From assembly GCA_032718475.1 (NCBI GenBank), contig JAUCBJ010008798.1:1-64000 (forward strand): a stretch of 64,000 bases of DNA, given 5' to 3'. This document shows positions 62,656-64,000 of this stretch, in pieces. A program made the translations under genes and the position numbers. The notes beneath the pieces were generated by a model. It worked only from the letters and a program-made list of their open reading frames with translations. It made no database searches and was not told where the DNA came from. This stretch comes from Nemertoderma westbladi. Lineage: Eukaryota > Animalia > Xenacoelomorpha. Each line of letters starts with the position of its first letter. The stretch's first letter is position 1.

Positions 62656-64000
62656 ACGCTGCATTGTGGTGGGAGATGTCTATTGTGGATCTCATGGTGG
62701 TGGCAAAATATTTTTGTCAATTCAGCATGGCATTTCAAGATGCAGTTTCAATACAGCAGGGCGATTATATTAGGCCCTAGTAGTTGTAGTAGTGATTTTA
62801 CACAGAGTAATATAGATCATTGTATATTTCTATAATATTTCTATAATATTTCTATTTATTTATTTCTATTGATGATTTTTACTACGTCTGTGTAGGAGAA
62901 GGCTCTGAGTGGCGCAATATTGTATAATGATACTTTGTAATTGTGCAAACTTGTCATTCAGTGGTCCGCTTAATAATTGATATAAATTACGAACTGATTA
63001 CTCTTATATTTTACTGCCTAACAAACGCAAAGTTTACAAGAAAACGAGTAAGAAGCATCTAAGCCCCTGTATCGCACTGTATTGCACGTTCCCACATTCT
63101 ACCGGTTTTCTTTAAACTCGTTACTGGATCCTTCATTATTGCTTCATTTACTTCATTGCGGTATACAGTATTATAGTAGTTGAATTACTTTATTATTATT
63201 TTATATGGTCCTAATAATTATTTGACTTTATGTGAGTACGACAATCTGTTTATTTCTATATTGCACTGTATATTTAATACTATTTTGTTGTATATTGTAT
63301 GTATTTAATAAATAAATTTATTAATTATAGACAATAATTTCAATATATTCATTACAGTAATTATAAACAGTAAATTCAATATATTATATTATCTAAGAAG
63401 CTGAATCTTTACCGCTACTTTAATATTTTATAAAATTATTAATATTATTATATTTATTTTATATATTATTTAAACAATGATGGCATTGGGGGCAATACAC
63501 CCCCCCCCCCCTTCCAACTTATTTTCAGATTAAAGTTTTATATTAATGATAAAAAATAATTAATTTAAAACTTAAATATTTGAATTAAAAACCAATTAAA
63601 ACTTTTGCCCTATTCGTCTCTCCAACGGAAGCAGCATTCAGCGAATATGAAAGTTGTTTCCATTTCTCTACTCAAGTACTCAGCATGTAGAAAAGGTATT
63701 AAATCATTATGATTGGCTTTCATAAAGAACACTGGAACTGCAGACTGTCTGTAACTAAGAAAGTAATGGCGGCAATTTAGTGCGTTTTTACTAATTGCGA
63801 ATACAGCAGTTCCTTAGGCCTTAGGGCGAATTGTAATTAGTAAGTTTTTTGAAAATTTTAGCTAGGTTTGCGAGAATTCAGTTTCGGTCAAAATTATTTG
63901 TAAAATTCTAGAGTTTTGTACCGGTATGATTAATCATATAATCATAACATACGGTATAATCTAAAATGATAATTGGAATACAAGGGTAGCTACTCCTACC

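Overview
AT-rich, repeat-dense eukaryotic (metazoan, probably invertebrate) DNA. The left half is a nest of transposons. Two foldback/TIR-type elements (about 7296-29717 and 8526-29464) contain a 5'-truncated RTE-type LINE (9107-28677). An 18.1-kb BEL/Pao LTR retrotransposon (10495-28620, minus strand, 1.19-kb LTRs, AGCCG target duplication) has inserted into the 3' end of that LINE. This BEL element is unusual in two ways. It has no tRNA-type (TGG) primer-binding site; the 11 nt at that position are exactly complementary to an 11-mer inside its own LTR, the geometry of Tf1-type self-priming. It also carries about 4.5 kb between integrase and the 3' LTR with non-env accessory ORFs, including a triple zinc-knuckle protein with a basic tail. 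Host genes are a probable terminal exon of a Fat-like cadherin (2454-2938), a six-exon 392-aa signal-peptide/3xIg/GPI-type adhesion gene (31242-47177) whose last intron holds an 8-kb satellite with higher-order duplications, and a convergent single-coding-exon Ig-like gene (51309-51992). The rest is LINE relics, a solo LTR, piggyBac-like MITEs and tRNA-like repeats. All calls were made by eye from the sequence; no searches were run.
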